Source: Anaerolineae bacterium | GTDB taxonomy: Bacteria; Chloroflexota; Anaerolineae; Anaerolineales; Villigracilaceae | Direction of reading: 5' to 3' | Assembly: GCA_041489005.1 (NCBI GenBank) | Contig: JBGPQK010000008.1 | Span: 6,602 to 70,601 of the forward strand | DNA: 64,000 nt | Shown here: positions 28,099 through 38,542 of the stretch, in pieces | Position numbering within the stretch: position 1 is the stretch's first letter | Layout: the number at the start of each line of letters is the position of its first letter | Position numbers and translations under genes: made by a program | Notes under the pieces: model-generated | The model's database searches: none | What the model was told of the DNA's origin: nothing | What the model saw: only the letters and a program-made list of their open reading frames with translations

Positions 28099-29283
28099 TC
28101 ACAAATATTCCTTCAACTGTCTCGCCCTTCTTGGATGGCGTAACCTCCGCAATGCTTTCCCCTCGATCTGGCGGATGCGTTCGCGTGTCAGGCCAAACTT
28201 CTCCCCCACCTCTTCCAGTGTGTATGGGACGCCCGTGTCCAGCCCGAAACGTAGGCGCAGGATACGCGCCTCACGCGGCGTCAAAGTGCCCAACACCTCG
28301 TCAATCTTCTCCTGGAGCATGGATTGGTAGACGCTCTGCATCGGTGTGGGGGTCTGTTCGTCTTCGATAAACATCCCCAGCTCGGACTCTTCGTCATCCC
28401 CAACAGGACTCTCCAGCGAAAGCGGCAGCCAGGAAACCTGAAGAATCCACTGCAACTTTACCAGATCCAAACCCAGTTCCACCGCTAACTCTTCGAGCGT
28501 GGGAACTCGTCCCAGGCGCTGTTCCAGGTCATGAGTGGCCTTGTAAGTCTTCCGGATGCGATCGCTCATGTGGACCGGGACACGGATGGTTCGTGCCTGG
28601 TCAGCGATGGCACGCGTGACAGTCTGCCGGATCCACCATGTGGCGTAGGTTGAGAATCGGAAGCCTTTATGGACATCGTATTTCTCAACTGCCTTCATCA
28701 GGCCGAGGTTGCCCTCCTGGATCAGGTCTAGGAAAGGCACACCGCGTCCCATGTAACGCTTGGCAATGCTGATCACCAGGCGGGTGTTGGCCTTAATGAT
28801 GTGCTCACGGGCCATAATCCCGTCTTGTACTAGGGCTTCCAGCCGCTGCCGTTCCAGAGTCCGTTTGCGGCCGGGGGCGCGCAGCAAATCGTCTTTTGCC
28901 TTGCGCCCATCCTCAATGCGGACAGCAATCTCGAATTCCTCGTCCGCTTTGAGTAGCGGTACGCGCGACATCTCCTTGAGATACATACCCACGGTATCGT
29001 CGCTGGAATAATCGCTGACGACAGGCTCCGGTTCAGGCCAGGGTTCCAGACCCGGTACGACCAAAATGTCAGTTGGAGGGGTATCCATTACTTCGGGATC
29101 CACCACGTCCACACCCCGGTGGCGCAGGGCCAGCATGATAACAGACAGCCGCTCGGCATCCTCCCCCACTTCGGGAGAGACTTCCAGCAGGTCGTCGGTA
29201 GTCAAATAGCCTTGCACGGACGCTTTCTCCAGAAGCAGGCTCAAAACTTCACGGTTGCGGTGTAGTCGGTCAAGTGGCGCCAA
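28099..29283 (-). CDS. rpoD: primary RNA polymerase sigma factor
   Basis: Regions 1.2 through 4.2 are readable ([60 protein letters not shown]). TTG start with GGAGG 9 nt upstream. Confidence 0.9.
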   Translation of the reverse strand: MAPLDRLHRNREVLSLLLEKASVQGYLTTDDLLEVSPEVGEDAERLSVIMLALRHRGVDVVDPEVMDTPPTDILVVPGLEPWPEPEPVVSDYSSDDTVGMYLKEMSRVPLLKADEEFEIAVRIEDGRKAKDDLLRAPGRKRTLERQRLEALVQDGIMAREHIIKANTRLVISIAKRYMGRGVPFLDLIQEGNLGLMKAVEKYDVHKGFRFSTYATWWIRQTVTRAIADQARTIRVPVHMSDRIRKTYKATHDLEQRLGRVPTLEELAVELGLDLVKLQWILQVSWLPLSLESPVGDDEESELGMFIEDEQTPTPMQSVYQSMLQEKIDEVLGTLTPREARILRLRFGLDTGVPYTLEEVGEKFGLTRERIRQIEGKALRRLRHPRRARQLKEYL

Positions 29284-29309
29284 TTATTACCCTCCTCATC
29301 AGGCGCGTT

Positions 29310-29816
29310 CTATTTCAACATGTCCTTCAACGCCGCGAACGGCGAATCGGGTTCAAGCTGGTGTCCACAGGCGGTCTGGTTCAAATTCTCACCGCAGACC
29401 GGACACAGACCTTTGCAGTCCGGTTTACACACCGGGCTGATGGGAAATTCGAGCAAAGCATATTCGCGCAACAACGGTTCCAGGTCAATCTGGGCGTCCT
29501 CTGGCACAAGTAAACCGGAATCGGTAATATTGCGTTTATCGAACGCATACAAATCCGAAAACGACCATTTTAGAGGTTCGGAAAAGGTTTCCAAGCAGCG
29601 GACGCATTCCAGATCTGCGGATGCTCCGAACTTGCCCTGGAGCAGCAGTCCTTGCTGGGTGCGGTCAAAACATGCCGTGCCCGAAAAATTAACCAAAGTC
29701 AGATCCTCCCCCAGGTGAATCTTTTCGTAGTCGAAATTAAAACCACGGCGCGTACCGATCGGCGATTTGATCAGAAATCCAACGTTGAGCCGCAAAGGAC
29801 GACGAAGGTTAGTCAC
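29310..29816 (-). CDS. DUF177 (YceD-like) protein
   Basis: CVRCL...CKPDCKGLCPVCGENLN cysteine pattern. GTG start. Confidence 0.75.
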   Translation of the reverse strand: MTNLRRPLRLNVGFLIKSPIGTRRGFNFDYEKIHLGEDLTLVNFSGTACFDRTQQGLLLQGKFGASADLECVRCLETFSEPLKWSFSDLYAFDKRNITDSGLLVPEDAQIDLEPLLREYALLEFPISPVCKPDCKGLCPVCGENLNQTACGHQLEPDSPFAALKDMLK

Positions 29817-30023
29817 ATTAATACTTCTATACGCAAGTTTGGGAACGTCTACATTCTAGCACAGCGGAGACTCGAAGTCAAGAATTCTTTAAGATTCATC
29901 CACGTTCTCCTTAAAATCCGAAATATCATAAGAGCAGGAATATATTATTGACTTTTCGTTGGATTGTCTCTATACTGTTAATTGATAATCGCCAATATTA
30001 TTCACTTAGGAGGAGGAAGCAAA

Positions 30024-31763
30024 ATGGATGCACATCCCTGGTTAGCGCACTATGATAAAGGAGTCCCGCAAACGATTAGTTATCCTTCTGTTCCTATTTT
30101 CCATTTCCTGGAAGAATCGGCGAGGAAATATCCCGATCAGCCATGCACTATCTTCAAGGGCGAGGCGATATCCTTTCGCGAAATGGATGCCATCACCGAC
30201 AAATTGGCCGCGGCCCTGGCAGGTCTGGGAGTCAAGAAGGGCGATCGCGTGGGGATCTTTATTCCCAACACACCTCAATTCGTCATGGTCTACTTTGGTA
30301 TCCTCAAGGCAGGCGGGGTGGTCGTCGCCATTGACTCTCGTTATACCGCGCCTGAGATTGTTTATCAGGCCAATGATGCTGGTATCGAGACCATGTTCGT
30401 GATGAGCAATTTCTACAAGACAATGAAGGTCGCCCAACCTAAGACCAAGATCAAGACACTGATCGTGACGAACATCAAGGAGACATTGCCGCCCGTGCTG
30501 AAAGTTCTGTTCACCTTGGCTAAGGAGAAAAAAGGCGGCTTTCGCGTACAGTTGGAACCTGGCGACCTCTGGCTTCAAGATCTGCTTGCCAAGTACAAAC
30601 CCGAAGACCGCCCCAAGCTAGATATTGGGTCAGAAGACATCGCCTTGTTCCAGTACAGCGGTGGCACCACCGGTGTCTCCAAGGGAGCGGTGGCCATGCA
30701 CCGCAACCTGGTGGCCGATACCCTCCAAGTGGATAATTGGATGCCCAATCTGTTACCCGGGAAGGAGATCGTGCTGATGGCCATCCCACTCTTCCACGTG
30801 TACGGCATGGTGGTTGGTATGCTCTTTGGCATCTCCATGGGCGCGCCATTAGTGATGGTCCCCAACCCGCGTGATATGCCCGATTTGCTAGAAAATATCA
30901 AGAAATTCCATCCCTCGGTCTTCCCGGGCATCCCCATGCTTTATAACGCCATCTCCAACCATCCGGATGTCATCGCAGGAAAATATAATTTGAGCTGCAT
31001 CAAAGCCTGCATCTCTGGTTCCGCCCCATTGATGCGCGATACAAAGGAACGTTTCGAAGCACTCAGCGGCGGCAAGGTCTTCGAAGGCTACGGGCTTTCG
31101 GAAGCACCAACCGCAACTCACTGCAATCCGCAATTGGGTATCAATAAAACCGGCTCGATCGGCATGCCCTTCCCCGATGTAGATGCAAAGATCATCGACC
31201 TTGTAGACGGTGAGACAGAGATTAAGGTCGGCGATATCGGCGAACTGGTCGTTTGCGGCCCGCAGGTGATGAAAGGCTACCACAACATGCCAGCCGAAAC
31301 AGAAAACACCCTGCGTAAACTGAAAGATGGCAAGGTGTGGCTCTTCACCGGCGATATTGCCCGCATGGACGAGGATGGCTATTTCTACATCGTGGACCGC
31401 AAGAAGGAATTGATTAAACCTGGCGGCGAGCAGGTCTGGCCGCGCGAAGTGGAGGAAGTTATCACCGCCCATCCGAAAGTTTTGGAAGTTGGCGTGGCTG
31501 GCATTCCCGATCCTCTCCGCGGCGAGGCGATCAAGGCATGGGTGGTGGTCAAGCCCGGCGAAAGCTTGACCGAGGATGCAGTGAAGGAATGGTGTAAAAA
31601 GAGCCTGGCGATTTATAAGATCCCCAGGCAGGTCGAGTTTCGCTCCGAACTGCCCAAAACCACCGTCGGTAAGGTCCTGCGCCGCGAGTTAGTAAGACAG
31701 CATAATGAAGAGGAAGCCAAGAAAAAACAAAATAGGGCCCAATTGCCTGTGAAATCGCTTTAA
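30024..31763 (+). CDS. long-chain-fatty-acid--CoA ligase
   Basis: AMP-binding motif YSGGTTGVSKG, GYGLSE and TGDIARMDEDGYFYIVDRKKE. Start set at the ATG preceded by AGGAGGAGGA, not the upstream TTG of the track ORF. Confidence 0.85.
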   Translation: MDAHPWLAHYDKGVPQTISYPSVPIFHFLEESARKYPDQPCTIFKGEAISFREMDAITDKLAAALAGLGVKKGDRVGIFIPNTPQFVMVYFGILKAGGVVVAIDSRYTAPEIVYQANDAGIETMFVMSNFYKTMKVAQPKTKIKTLIVTNIKETLPPVLKVLFTLAKEKKGGFRVQLEPGDLWLQDLLAKYKPEDRPKLDIGSEDIALFQYSGGTTGVSKGAVAMHRNLVADTLQVDNWMPNLLPGKEIVLMAIPLFHVYGMVVGMLFGISMGAPLVMVPNPRDMPDLLENIKKFHPSVFPGIPMLYNAISNHPDVIAGKYNLSCIKACISGSAPLMRDTKERFEALSGGKVFEGYGLSEAPTATHCNPQLGINKTGSIGMPFPDVDAKIIDLVDGETEIKVGDIGELVVCGPQVMKGYHNMPAETENTLRKLKDGKVWLFTGDIARMDEDGYFYIVDRKKELIKPGGEQVWPREVEEVITAHPKVLEVGVAGIPDPLRGEAIKAWVVVKPGESLTEDAVKEWCKKSLAIYKIPRQVEFRSELPKTTVGKVLRRELVRQHNEEEAKKKQNRAQLPVKSL

Positions 31764-31769
31764 TAATAA

Positions 31770-31808
31770 CTCCCGCAGGATCGAAATACCTGCGGGAGTT
31801 TTCTTCTT
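31770..31808 (+). terminator. intrinsic terminator after the acyl-CoA ligase gene
   Basis: 10-bp stem CTCCCGCAGG / CCTGCGGGAG followed by TTTTCTTCTTTC. Confidence 0.7.
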
Positions 31809-31916
31809 TCTCAGGTTCTCTGGGAATCGCCGTGGGATTGGAATAACTGGGGGGATGGTGGGTGTCACCCGCCCACCATCCCCTTTGTTATTTATTACAG
31901 GAATTTCCCAAGACCC

Positions 31917-32243
31917 TTAGCGAATCTTGAACATCGTCATTAATTTCATGGCCAGGTTTAGGTCGCCAGCCAGCTTGAGCTTGCCTCCCATGAAGGCCTG
32001 CATGCCATCTAGTTCGCCGGTGAAGATTTTGACATAGTCGGCGGAATCAGCAGACAGGGTCATCTTGGGGGTGGGGTGCGCACCCTGTTCGACGGTGCAT
32101 TTGTCATTTTTTATCGTAGCGAACCAGTCGCCTGCTTCCGCACCGCTGAATTTGAACTGGATTACCGCATCCAGCCCGGGGACCTTTTCTGGAAGAAAAG
32201 CCTTCGGCATTTTGGACATGAGTTCAGTTACTGTTAGAGCCAT
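31917..32243 (-). CDS. SCP2 sterol/lipid-carrier domain protein
   Basis: 108 aa ending in GKLKLAGDLNLAMKLMTMFKI, typical of SCP2 domains. Confidence 0.75.
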   Translation of the reverse strand: MALTVTELMSKMPKAFLPEKVPGLDAVIQFKFSGAEAGDWFATIKNDKCTVEQGAHPTPKMTLSADSADYVKIFTGELDGMQAFMGGKLKLAGDLNLAMKLMTMFKIR

Positions 32244-32341
32244 ATTTATCTCCTATGGTTTTGGTATATCACAGAGCTCAGGGAATTTCTCGCTGTGCTC
32301 CCCCGGCTCCTGCGTCCGGGGCGGGTGTGTAGTCTTAATGG

Positions 32342-33529
32342 TTAGTACTGCAAGTTCTCAAAGATGGTTGCCGCACCCATGCCTCCACCGATGCACATGG
32401 ACACCATTCCAAACTTCGACTTGCGCCGCGCCATCTCGTAGATCAACTGGGTGGTCAGTTTTGCTCCGGTGCAGCCAAGCGGATGGCCAAGGGCGATCGC
32501 GCCGCCATTGAGGTTGACCTTCTCCATGTCTAGACCCAATTCCCGTGCCACAGCTACAGACTGCGCAGCAAAGGCCTCGTTCAGTTCGATCAGGTCAATG
32601 TCGTTCAGCGAAAGCCCGGCCAATTTGAGCGCCTTAGGGATGGCGACCACCGGTCCGATGCCCATCAGCTCCGGTGGGACTCCGCCGACCGCGAAGGCCA
32701 CGAAGCGCACCAGCGGTTTGAGTCCCAGCGCTTGGGCTTTTTCGCCGGACATGATGACCACCCCCGCTGCGCCGTCGGACACCTGCGAGGAGTTGCCCGC
32801 CGTCACCGTACCGCCCTCTTTGAAGGCTGGCTTGAGTTTGGCAAGCGCCTCCAGGCTGGTATCGGCGCGTGGACCTTCGTCCCGTTTTACCGTGAATTTC
32901 TTCGTTACCGGTTTGCCGTTCGCTCCCAGTTCCTTCAGCTCTACATTAATCGGAACCAATTCAGGGTCAAATTTGCCTGAATTGACCGCCGCAGCAGCCC
33001 GCTGATGGGAACGTAAGGCGAAGGTGTCCTGTTCCTGGCGGCTGATCTTGTATTTTACCGCCACGTTCTCAGCGGTCAGGCCCATGTTGGTGTAGTAATG
33101 GGGCAGTTCCGCCGCAAAGTAGGGGTTCACCGAGAATTTATATCCCATCATTGGCACCATGCTCATCGACTCGACTCCGCCGGCAATTGCCACGTCAATC
33201 TGTCCGGCTAGGATGGCATAGGCCGCGTGAGCAATGCTCTGGACGCCGGATGAGCAGTAACGGTTGATGGTCTCGCCCGGCACTGAATCTGGCAGACCAG
33301 CACGCAGCGCCACCATGCGCGCCATGTTCAAGCCTTGTTCGCCCTCCGGGAAGGCACAGCCGAGGATAACGTCGTCGATCTCTTTTGGAACCAGTCCCGG
33401 GGTCCGGGCAAGCAGCGCTTTCACTACCGCCGTGGCCAGCTCATCCGGGCGGACAGTCGCCAGTCCGCCGCGTTTACCTCTCCCAACGGGAGTGCGTACA
33501 GCAGATACGATTACAGCATCGCGTGTCAT
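32342..33529 (-). CDS. acetyl-CoA C-acyltransferase (thiolase)
   Basis: Active-site Cys region [31 protein letters not shown] and CIGGGMG. Confidence 0.9.
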   Translation of the reverse strand: MTRDAVIVSAVRTPVGRGKRGGLATVRPDELATAVVKALLARTPGLVPKEIDDVILGCAFPEGEQGLNMARMVALRAGLPDSVPGETINRYCSSGVQSIAHAAYAILAGQIDVAIAGGVESMSMVPMMGYKFSVNPYFAAELPHYYTNMGLTAENVAVKYKISRQEQDTFALRSHQRAAAAVNSGKFDPELVPINVELKELGANGKPVTKKFTVKRDEGPRADTSLEALAKLKPAFKEGGTVTAGNSSQVSDGAAGVVIMSGEKAQALGLKPLVRFVAFAVGGVPPELMGIGPVVAIPKALKLAGLSLNDIDLIELNEAFAAQSVAVARELGLDMEKVNLNGGAIALGHPLGCTGAKLTTQLIYEMARRKSKFGMVSMCIGGGMGAATIFENLQY

Positions 33530-33538
33530 TATTACCTC

Positions 33539-35962
33539 CTAATTCCGTAACGGTCTTCCGGTCTGGAGCATGTTGAACATGCGCGCCTGGGTCTTTTCCT
33601 CACCGCACAGGGAAAGGAAAGCCTCGCACTCCAGGTCGAGGATGTACTGCTCACTGACCCAGGTTGGGCGGCTCAGGTCGCCACCGGCCATGATGTTGGC
33701 AAGTTTCCCAGCAATCACACCTTCGTATTCGGTAATGTACTTACCTTCTTTAAATGTCCAGGCGCCAATTCGCAGCGCCGCCAAGGCCTCTCGACCGCCA
33801 GCATAGATCAGTTCCGGCGCGGGCGGATGGTAACCCGCCGCAGCCATATGCACGGCCTCGCGCTTGGCTTCCGTCAGCAGGTGGTCACGGTTGATTACGA
33901 TCCTGTCCGCTGGACCTAAGAAGCCCATCTGGCGGGCTTCCTCGGCGCTGGTAGCCACCTTGGCCTGCCCGATTATCTCGAAGACTCGCTGGAGGGACGG
34001 AAAGATATCAATGCCCGGGATGCGCATACACGGGTTGATAATGCGGCGCATCAGTTCCTTCGTACCTCCGCCAGCCGGGATGACGCCCACGCCCAGTTCG
34101 ACCTGCCCGATATACGTCTCTGCCGCGGCCACAACGCGGCTGCCGTGCATGGTCACTTCGCCGCCGCCGCCCAGGGTCATTCCCGCCGGGGCGATCACCA
34201 CCGGCTTGGGGAAATAGCGCATACGCATGTTCAAATCCTGGAATGTCTTCACCACCTGCGTGAGCATCTCCCATTGCTGGGACTTGGCGCCCATCAGGAT
34301 CAAGCCAATGTTCGCGCCAACGCAGAAATTCTCAGCCTCGTTGCCAATTACCAGACCGTCGAATTCCTTTTCGGCGCGGTCAAGCGCCTCATTTGTGATG
34401 ACGAAGATATCATTATCCAGAGCATTCATCTTGGTGTGGAACTCGACCAGTGCCACACCATCCCCGATATCATACAGCGACGCACCGGGGTTTGTGCTGA
34501 TAACCTTTTTGGTTTTCTTTAATTCACTCAGTACAATCAGTCCCGGCGTTTTGGGGAGGGTGACGTATTTCTGCTTGGCCACATCGTAGACGCCTACCTT
34601 GCTGTCACCCTTGTACTTGTAGAACGTTTCGCATCCCGCCTTGAGCATGGCTGCCACCCAACTGGCAGGGGCAAAACCCGCGGCTTTCATTTGTTTGACT
34701 GTTTCCTGGACCCCCAACATATCCCAAATTTCGAACGGCCCAGCCTCGTGCATGAAGCCCCAACGGACAGCATCATCTATCGGTTTGGGTGTATCGGCAA
34801 CTTCAGGGATGATGGCCGAGGCATACTGGAATCCCTGGAAGGTCAGATCTTTTATCAATTGTGCGGCGCGGTCGGATTCGCCCAGGATCACTTTCAACCG
34901 TTCGCCCAGGCCATCAATATCCTTCGACTTCCCAACTGAGTCGAAGCGCGGCTTGGACGGAGCGGCATGTTCCATTGTTTTCAGGTCAAGTGACCAGAAC
35001 TCCTTTTTCCCTTCATCGGTGCGGACTTCCTTGTAGAAGCCAACTTTTGTCTTGTTGCCCAGCCAGCCGCGCTCGATCAGGGTATGCACAAGTTTGATCG
35101 GCTTTTCAGCTTCCAGGGATGGCATGGCATATTTGTCGTACGGGATGGCCTCTTTCAGGTTCGTGCCTACGTGCTCCCAAACATCCACGCCGACCAGGTC
35201 GATCAACCGGAAGGTGGCCGTTTTGGGGTGGCCCATCAAGGGACCGGTAAGGGCATCCACCTCATCCACGGTGTAGCCGTTTTCGAGGATGTAATTCAAG
35301 GCGAACGCGCCCGTTCCGAAGGCAACCCGGTTGCCGATAAAGTTGGGCGTGTCCTTGCATAGGACGATCCCTTTGCCCAGCCGGAATTCCCCGAACCAAG
35401 CCATGAACTTGGTCACTGCCGGCAGTGTGTCGCCGGTCGGGATGATTTCCAGCAACTTCAAATAGCGCGGCGGGTTGAAAAAGTGCGTACCCAGGAAGTG
35501 CTGCTTGAAGCCTTTCGAGCGACCCTCGGCAATATCTTTGATTGGGATGCCGGATGTGTTGGTGGTAATGATGGCCTCCGGTTTGCGGACGGCGTCGATG
35601 CGCGTCATCAGGTCCTGCTTGATCTTCAGGTTCTCGACAATGGCTTCGACGACCCAATCGGCCTTGGCGATAGCATCAAAATCGTCTTCGAGATTGCCAA
35701 GTTTGACGCGTGTCACCAGATCGGACGCCATCAGGTTGGCCGGGCGGGCTTTGACACATCGGTCCCAGCCCTCATTGACGATGCGATTGCGAACCGCCTT
35801 ATCCTTTAGTGTCAGTTTCGCTGCCTCTTCCTCAGGTTTGAGCTTGCTCGGAACAATGTCCAGCAGCGTCACCGGCACACCAACATTAGCCAGGTGCGCG
35901 GCGAGAGCTGCTCCCATTGTCCCTGCACCGACAACGACAACGGAATGAATTTTGTAGGTCAT
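33539..35962 (-). CDS. fused 3-hydroxyacyl-CoA dehydrogenase / enoyl-CoA hydratase (FadN-type domain order)
   Basis: N-terminal Rossmann motif VVVVGAGTMGAALA with HAD domains, and a C-terminal crotonase fold (VVIAPAGMTLGGGGEV). Confidence 0.88.
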   Translation of the reverse strand: MTYKIHSVVVVGAGTMGAALAAHLANVGVPVTLLDIVPSKLKPEEEAAKLTLKDKAVRNRIVNEGWDRCVKARPANLMASDLVTRVKLGNLEDDFDAIAKADWVVEAIVENLKIKQDLMTRIDAVRKPEAIITTNTSGIPIKDIAEGRSKGFKQHFLGTHFFNPPRYLKLLEIIPTGDTLPAVTKFMAWFGEFRLGKGIVLCKDTPNFIGNRVAFGTGAFALNYILENGYTVDEVDALTGPLMGHPKTATFRLIDLVGVDVWEHVGTNLKEAIPYDKYAMPSLEAEKPIKLVHTLIERGWLGNKTKVGFYKEVRTDEGKKEFWSLDLKTMEHAAPSKPRFDSVGKSKDIDGLGERLKVILGESDRAAQLIKDLTFQGFQYASAIIPEVADTPKPIDDAVRWGFMHEAGPFEIWDMLGVQETVKQMKAAGFAPASWVAAMLKAGCETFYKYKGDSKVGVYDVAKQKYVTLPKTPGLIVLSELKKTKKVISTNPGASLYDIGDGVALVEFHTKMNALDNDIFVITNEALDRAEKEFDGLVIGNEAENFCVGANIGLILMGAKSQQWEMLTQVVKTFQDLNMRMRYFPKPVVIAPAGMTLGGGGEVTMHGSRVVAAAETYIGQVELGVGVIPAGGGTKELMRRIINPCMRIPGIDIFPSLQRVFEIIGQAKVATSAEEARQMGFLGPADRIVINRDHLLTEAKREAVHMAAAGYHPPAPELIYAGGREALAALRIGAWTFKEGKYITEYEGVIAGKLANIMAGGDLSRPTWVSEQYILDLECEAFLSLCGEEKTQARMFNMLQTGRPLRN

Positions 35963-36079
35963 GTTTCCTCCTCAATTTCTATCACCGATCCCCACCCTTG
36001 TCCGTTCCTAATCCCAAAGAGGGATGGAAGAAAGGGGGACGTCAAGCGCCGGGTGGGGTTTGATGAGGTCTGAATAAGA

Positions 36080-37312
36080 TTACCTCAACTCACTTGAGCG
36101 GTAGCCCAGAATTTGCCGTGCCACCACCAGCCGGTTGATCTGGCCGGTGCCCTCATAGATGTCGCTGATCTTGGCGTCCCGGAACCACTTCTCCAGCAGA
36201 TACTCGCGGCTGTAACCGAGTGGTCCCATGATCTCCACGGCCTTCTGGGTGATCTTATTGACCACGTCGCCGGCCCGGACTTTGGACATCGAGGATTCCA
36301 GCGAGTTCGGTTTGCCGTTATCCATCATCCATACCGCCTTGAGCACCAGCCACCAGGCCGAACGCAGCTGGATTTCCATTTCAATCACGTCCTTTTCAAC
36401 AGACGTCAACTTCTGGCGCGGTAATCCATAGCGAATCGTGACACCCCGCTCAGCCAGCATCTCCTTGAGTAATTCCAGCGTGGCGCGTGCCAAACCGATG
36501 GCCTGCGCGGCGACGATGGGCCGCGTTGCATCGAAAGTTGCCATGGCGCCCTTGAATCCGGTGGCGGCCTTATCGGTGACAACTTCCGGGCTGCCGAGGA
36601 GGTTTTCGAACGGAACGCGGCAATCCTGCAGGACAATGGATACCGTGTCGCTGGCACGGATGCCAAGTTTATGCTCCATCTTCGTGACCTGGCAGCCGGG
36701 CGTCTTGGCCTCGACCACTAGCGGGCGCATTCCGGCACGACCCGCCGCTGGGTCAATCGTTGCCCAGACAACGATAAAGCCTTCCGAGTCGAGCATGGCT
36801 TTATGCCCGGAGGTGACAAAAATCTTCTCGCCGTTCAGCACCCACTCTTTTTTCTCCTTGTCCAGCACCGCCGTGGCGCGGATGGCTGAAGTGTCTGATC
36901 CGCACTGCGGTTCGGTCATGCACATGGCATCGAAGACCGGTTTCTCACCTCGGAAGCGCTTCAGGAAGCGTTCCTTTTGTTCGGGTGTACCGGTGGCCGA
37001 GACTGCCGCCGAACCCAGCATTCCGCCGGGTGTGTCCAGGTAAATTCCAGCATCGCCCCAGGATAGCATCTCAACCATCACCGCCAGACGCTGAAAACCA
37101 AAGCGCGGGCCTTCCTTCTTGCCCTCGCTTGCAGCCATCGAAGTGCCTCCCATCGCCTTTGTGGCGGTGTGCATGAAATTGATGTAATCCCAGGGGATTT
37201 CATGCTCGTGCTCGTCGAAATAGCGCGAGACCGGGCGCATCATGTTTACTGCCACCGTCTCGACAACCAAACGGGTACCAGCGATCTTTTCGGGAATTTC
37301 AAAGTCAATCAT
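36080..37312 (-). CDS. acyl-CoA dehydrogenase
   Basis: ACAD fold with the C-terminal IYEGTGQI segment that holds the MCAD-type catalytic Glu. Confidence 0.88.
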   Translation of the reverse strand: MIDFEIPEKIAGTRLVVETVAVNMMRPVSRYFDEHEHEIPWDYINFMHTATKAMGGTSMAASEGKKEGPRFGFQRLAVMVEMLSWGDAGIYLDTPGGMLGSAAVSATGTPEQKERFLKRFRGEKPVFDAMCMTEPQCGSDTSAIRATAVLDKEKKEWVLNGEKIFVTSGHKAMLDSEGFIVVWATIDPAAGRAGMRPLVVEAKTPGCQVTKMEHKLGIRASDTVSIVLQDCRVPFENLLGSPEVVTDKAATGFKGAMATFDATRPIVAAQAIGLARATLELLKEMLAERGVTIRYGLPRQKLTSVEKDVIEMEIQLRSAWWLVLKAVWMMDNGKPNSLESSMSKVRAGDVVNKITQKAVEIMGPLGYSREYLLEKWFRDAKISDIYEGTGQINRLVVARQILGYRSSELR

Positions 37313-37330
37313 AGTAATCCTCCTTTGGCA

Positions 37331-38416
37331 CTATACCATGGCAAGGCCGGTGAAGGTCGCGAACCCGCGTCCGTTGCGCATCCATAGTTCAACCGGGTGT
37401 TCTCGGATGTATCCGTGACCGCCCAGGATCTGCACGGCTCGGTCTGTTACCATCATCGCCATATCTATCGCACCGGTCACGGCGAGATAGGCTCTCTGGT
37501 TGGCATCTTCTTTCTTGTTGTCTATCGCCCAGGCTGCCTCCCAGACCAACAGGCGGATGGCTTCGATCTCGGTTGCCATCTCGGCCAGCATGAAGGCGAT
37601 GGCCTGTTTTTGAGCCACTTTTACCCCAAATACGTCGCGGTCCTTGGCGTAGTCACGCGAATATCCAAATGCCGCCTTTGCCACCCCGATAGCCATCGCC
37701 GCCACAGCCACGCGACTTGCATCCAGCACCGGTCCAAAACCTCCTGGTAAAAGATTGGCCTTGGGGATTTTCACTTCATCCAGTGTGACTTTAAAAAATG
37801 GGACAGCGTTCAGGCCCATCAATTTCTCGCGTTCCTCCCCCACCTTCAACCCCGCCGCGCCCTTTGGGACAATGAATCCCTTTGTCTCTTTCTTCAATTT
37901 GGCGTAAACGATCATAGCCTCGGCTTTATCGGCAAACGGGACAAAAGTCTTCTCACCAGTCAGGACGTAGTCGCTGCCTTCGGCTTTGGCGGTGGTCTTT
38001 AATTCGTTGGGGTCAAAGTCGAATGCCGGCTCGATAAGGGCGGCAGAGTAGGGCTTCCAGTCCGTTTCGATGATCGGGGGCAGGTATTGCTTCTTCTGCT
38101 CCTCGCTGCCAGTCAGCAGGATGGGCAGGGCGAACAGGCCCGGTGCTCCGACCGCCAGCGCCCCGGCCAGGTCACCGCAAGCCAGTTCCTCTGCTGCCAG
38201 CGCACCCGTCACGGCGGAACGTTCCCCAAATCCGCCATAGGCTTCGGGAATGGATGCCTGGAGGACGCCCAATTCCCAACCTTTGCTGATCAACTTGGGT
38301 GGTAGTTCTTTATTCTCCTCGGCATCGTGGGCCGCTTTCCGCAGGTCACTGATGGCGTAGCGGTTGACGGCATCAATCAGCATTTTTTGTTCATCTGATG
38401 GTTCAAAAGAATACAT
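37331..38416 (-). CDS. acyl-CoA dehydrogenase family protein lacking the MCAD-position catalytic Glu
   Basis: ACAD fold. The C-terminus reads FATFTG where the partner gene has IYEGTG. Start set at the ATG preceded by AAAGGAGGAG (MYSFEPSDEQ). Confidence 0.8.
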   Translation of the reverse strand: MYSFEPSDEQKMLIDAVNRYAISDLRKAAHDAEENKELPPKLISKGWELGVLQASIPEAYGGFGERSAVTGALAAEELACGDLAGALAVGAPGLFALPILLTGSEEQKKQYLPPIIETDWKPYSAALIEPAFDFDPNELKTTAKAEGSDYVLTGEKTFVPFADKAEAMIVYAKLKKETKGFIVPKGAAGLKVGEEREKLMGLNAVPFFKVTLDEVKIPKANLLPGGFGPVLDASRVAVAAMAIGVAKAAFGYSRDYAKDRDVFGVKVAQKQAIAFMLAEMATEIEAIRLLVWEAAWAIDNKKEDANQRAYLAVTGAIDMAMMVTDRAVQILGGHGYIREHPVELWMRNGRGFATFTGLAMV

Positions 38417-38542
38417 GGCTCCTCCTTTAGGTTTGGGTTGCACATTTACAGAATCGGGTTGACTTTTATTAGTGTCAAGCTGCTGTTTTCTTGGGCAATG
38501 TCCTCAAAACTATATTGGCGCTCAGAGAGCGTTTTGGATTGG

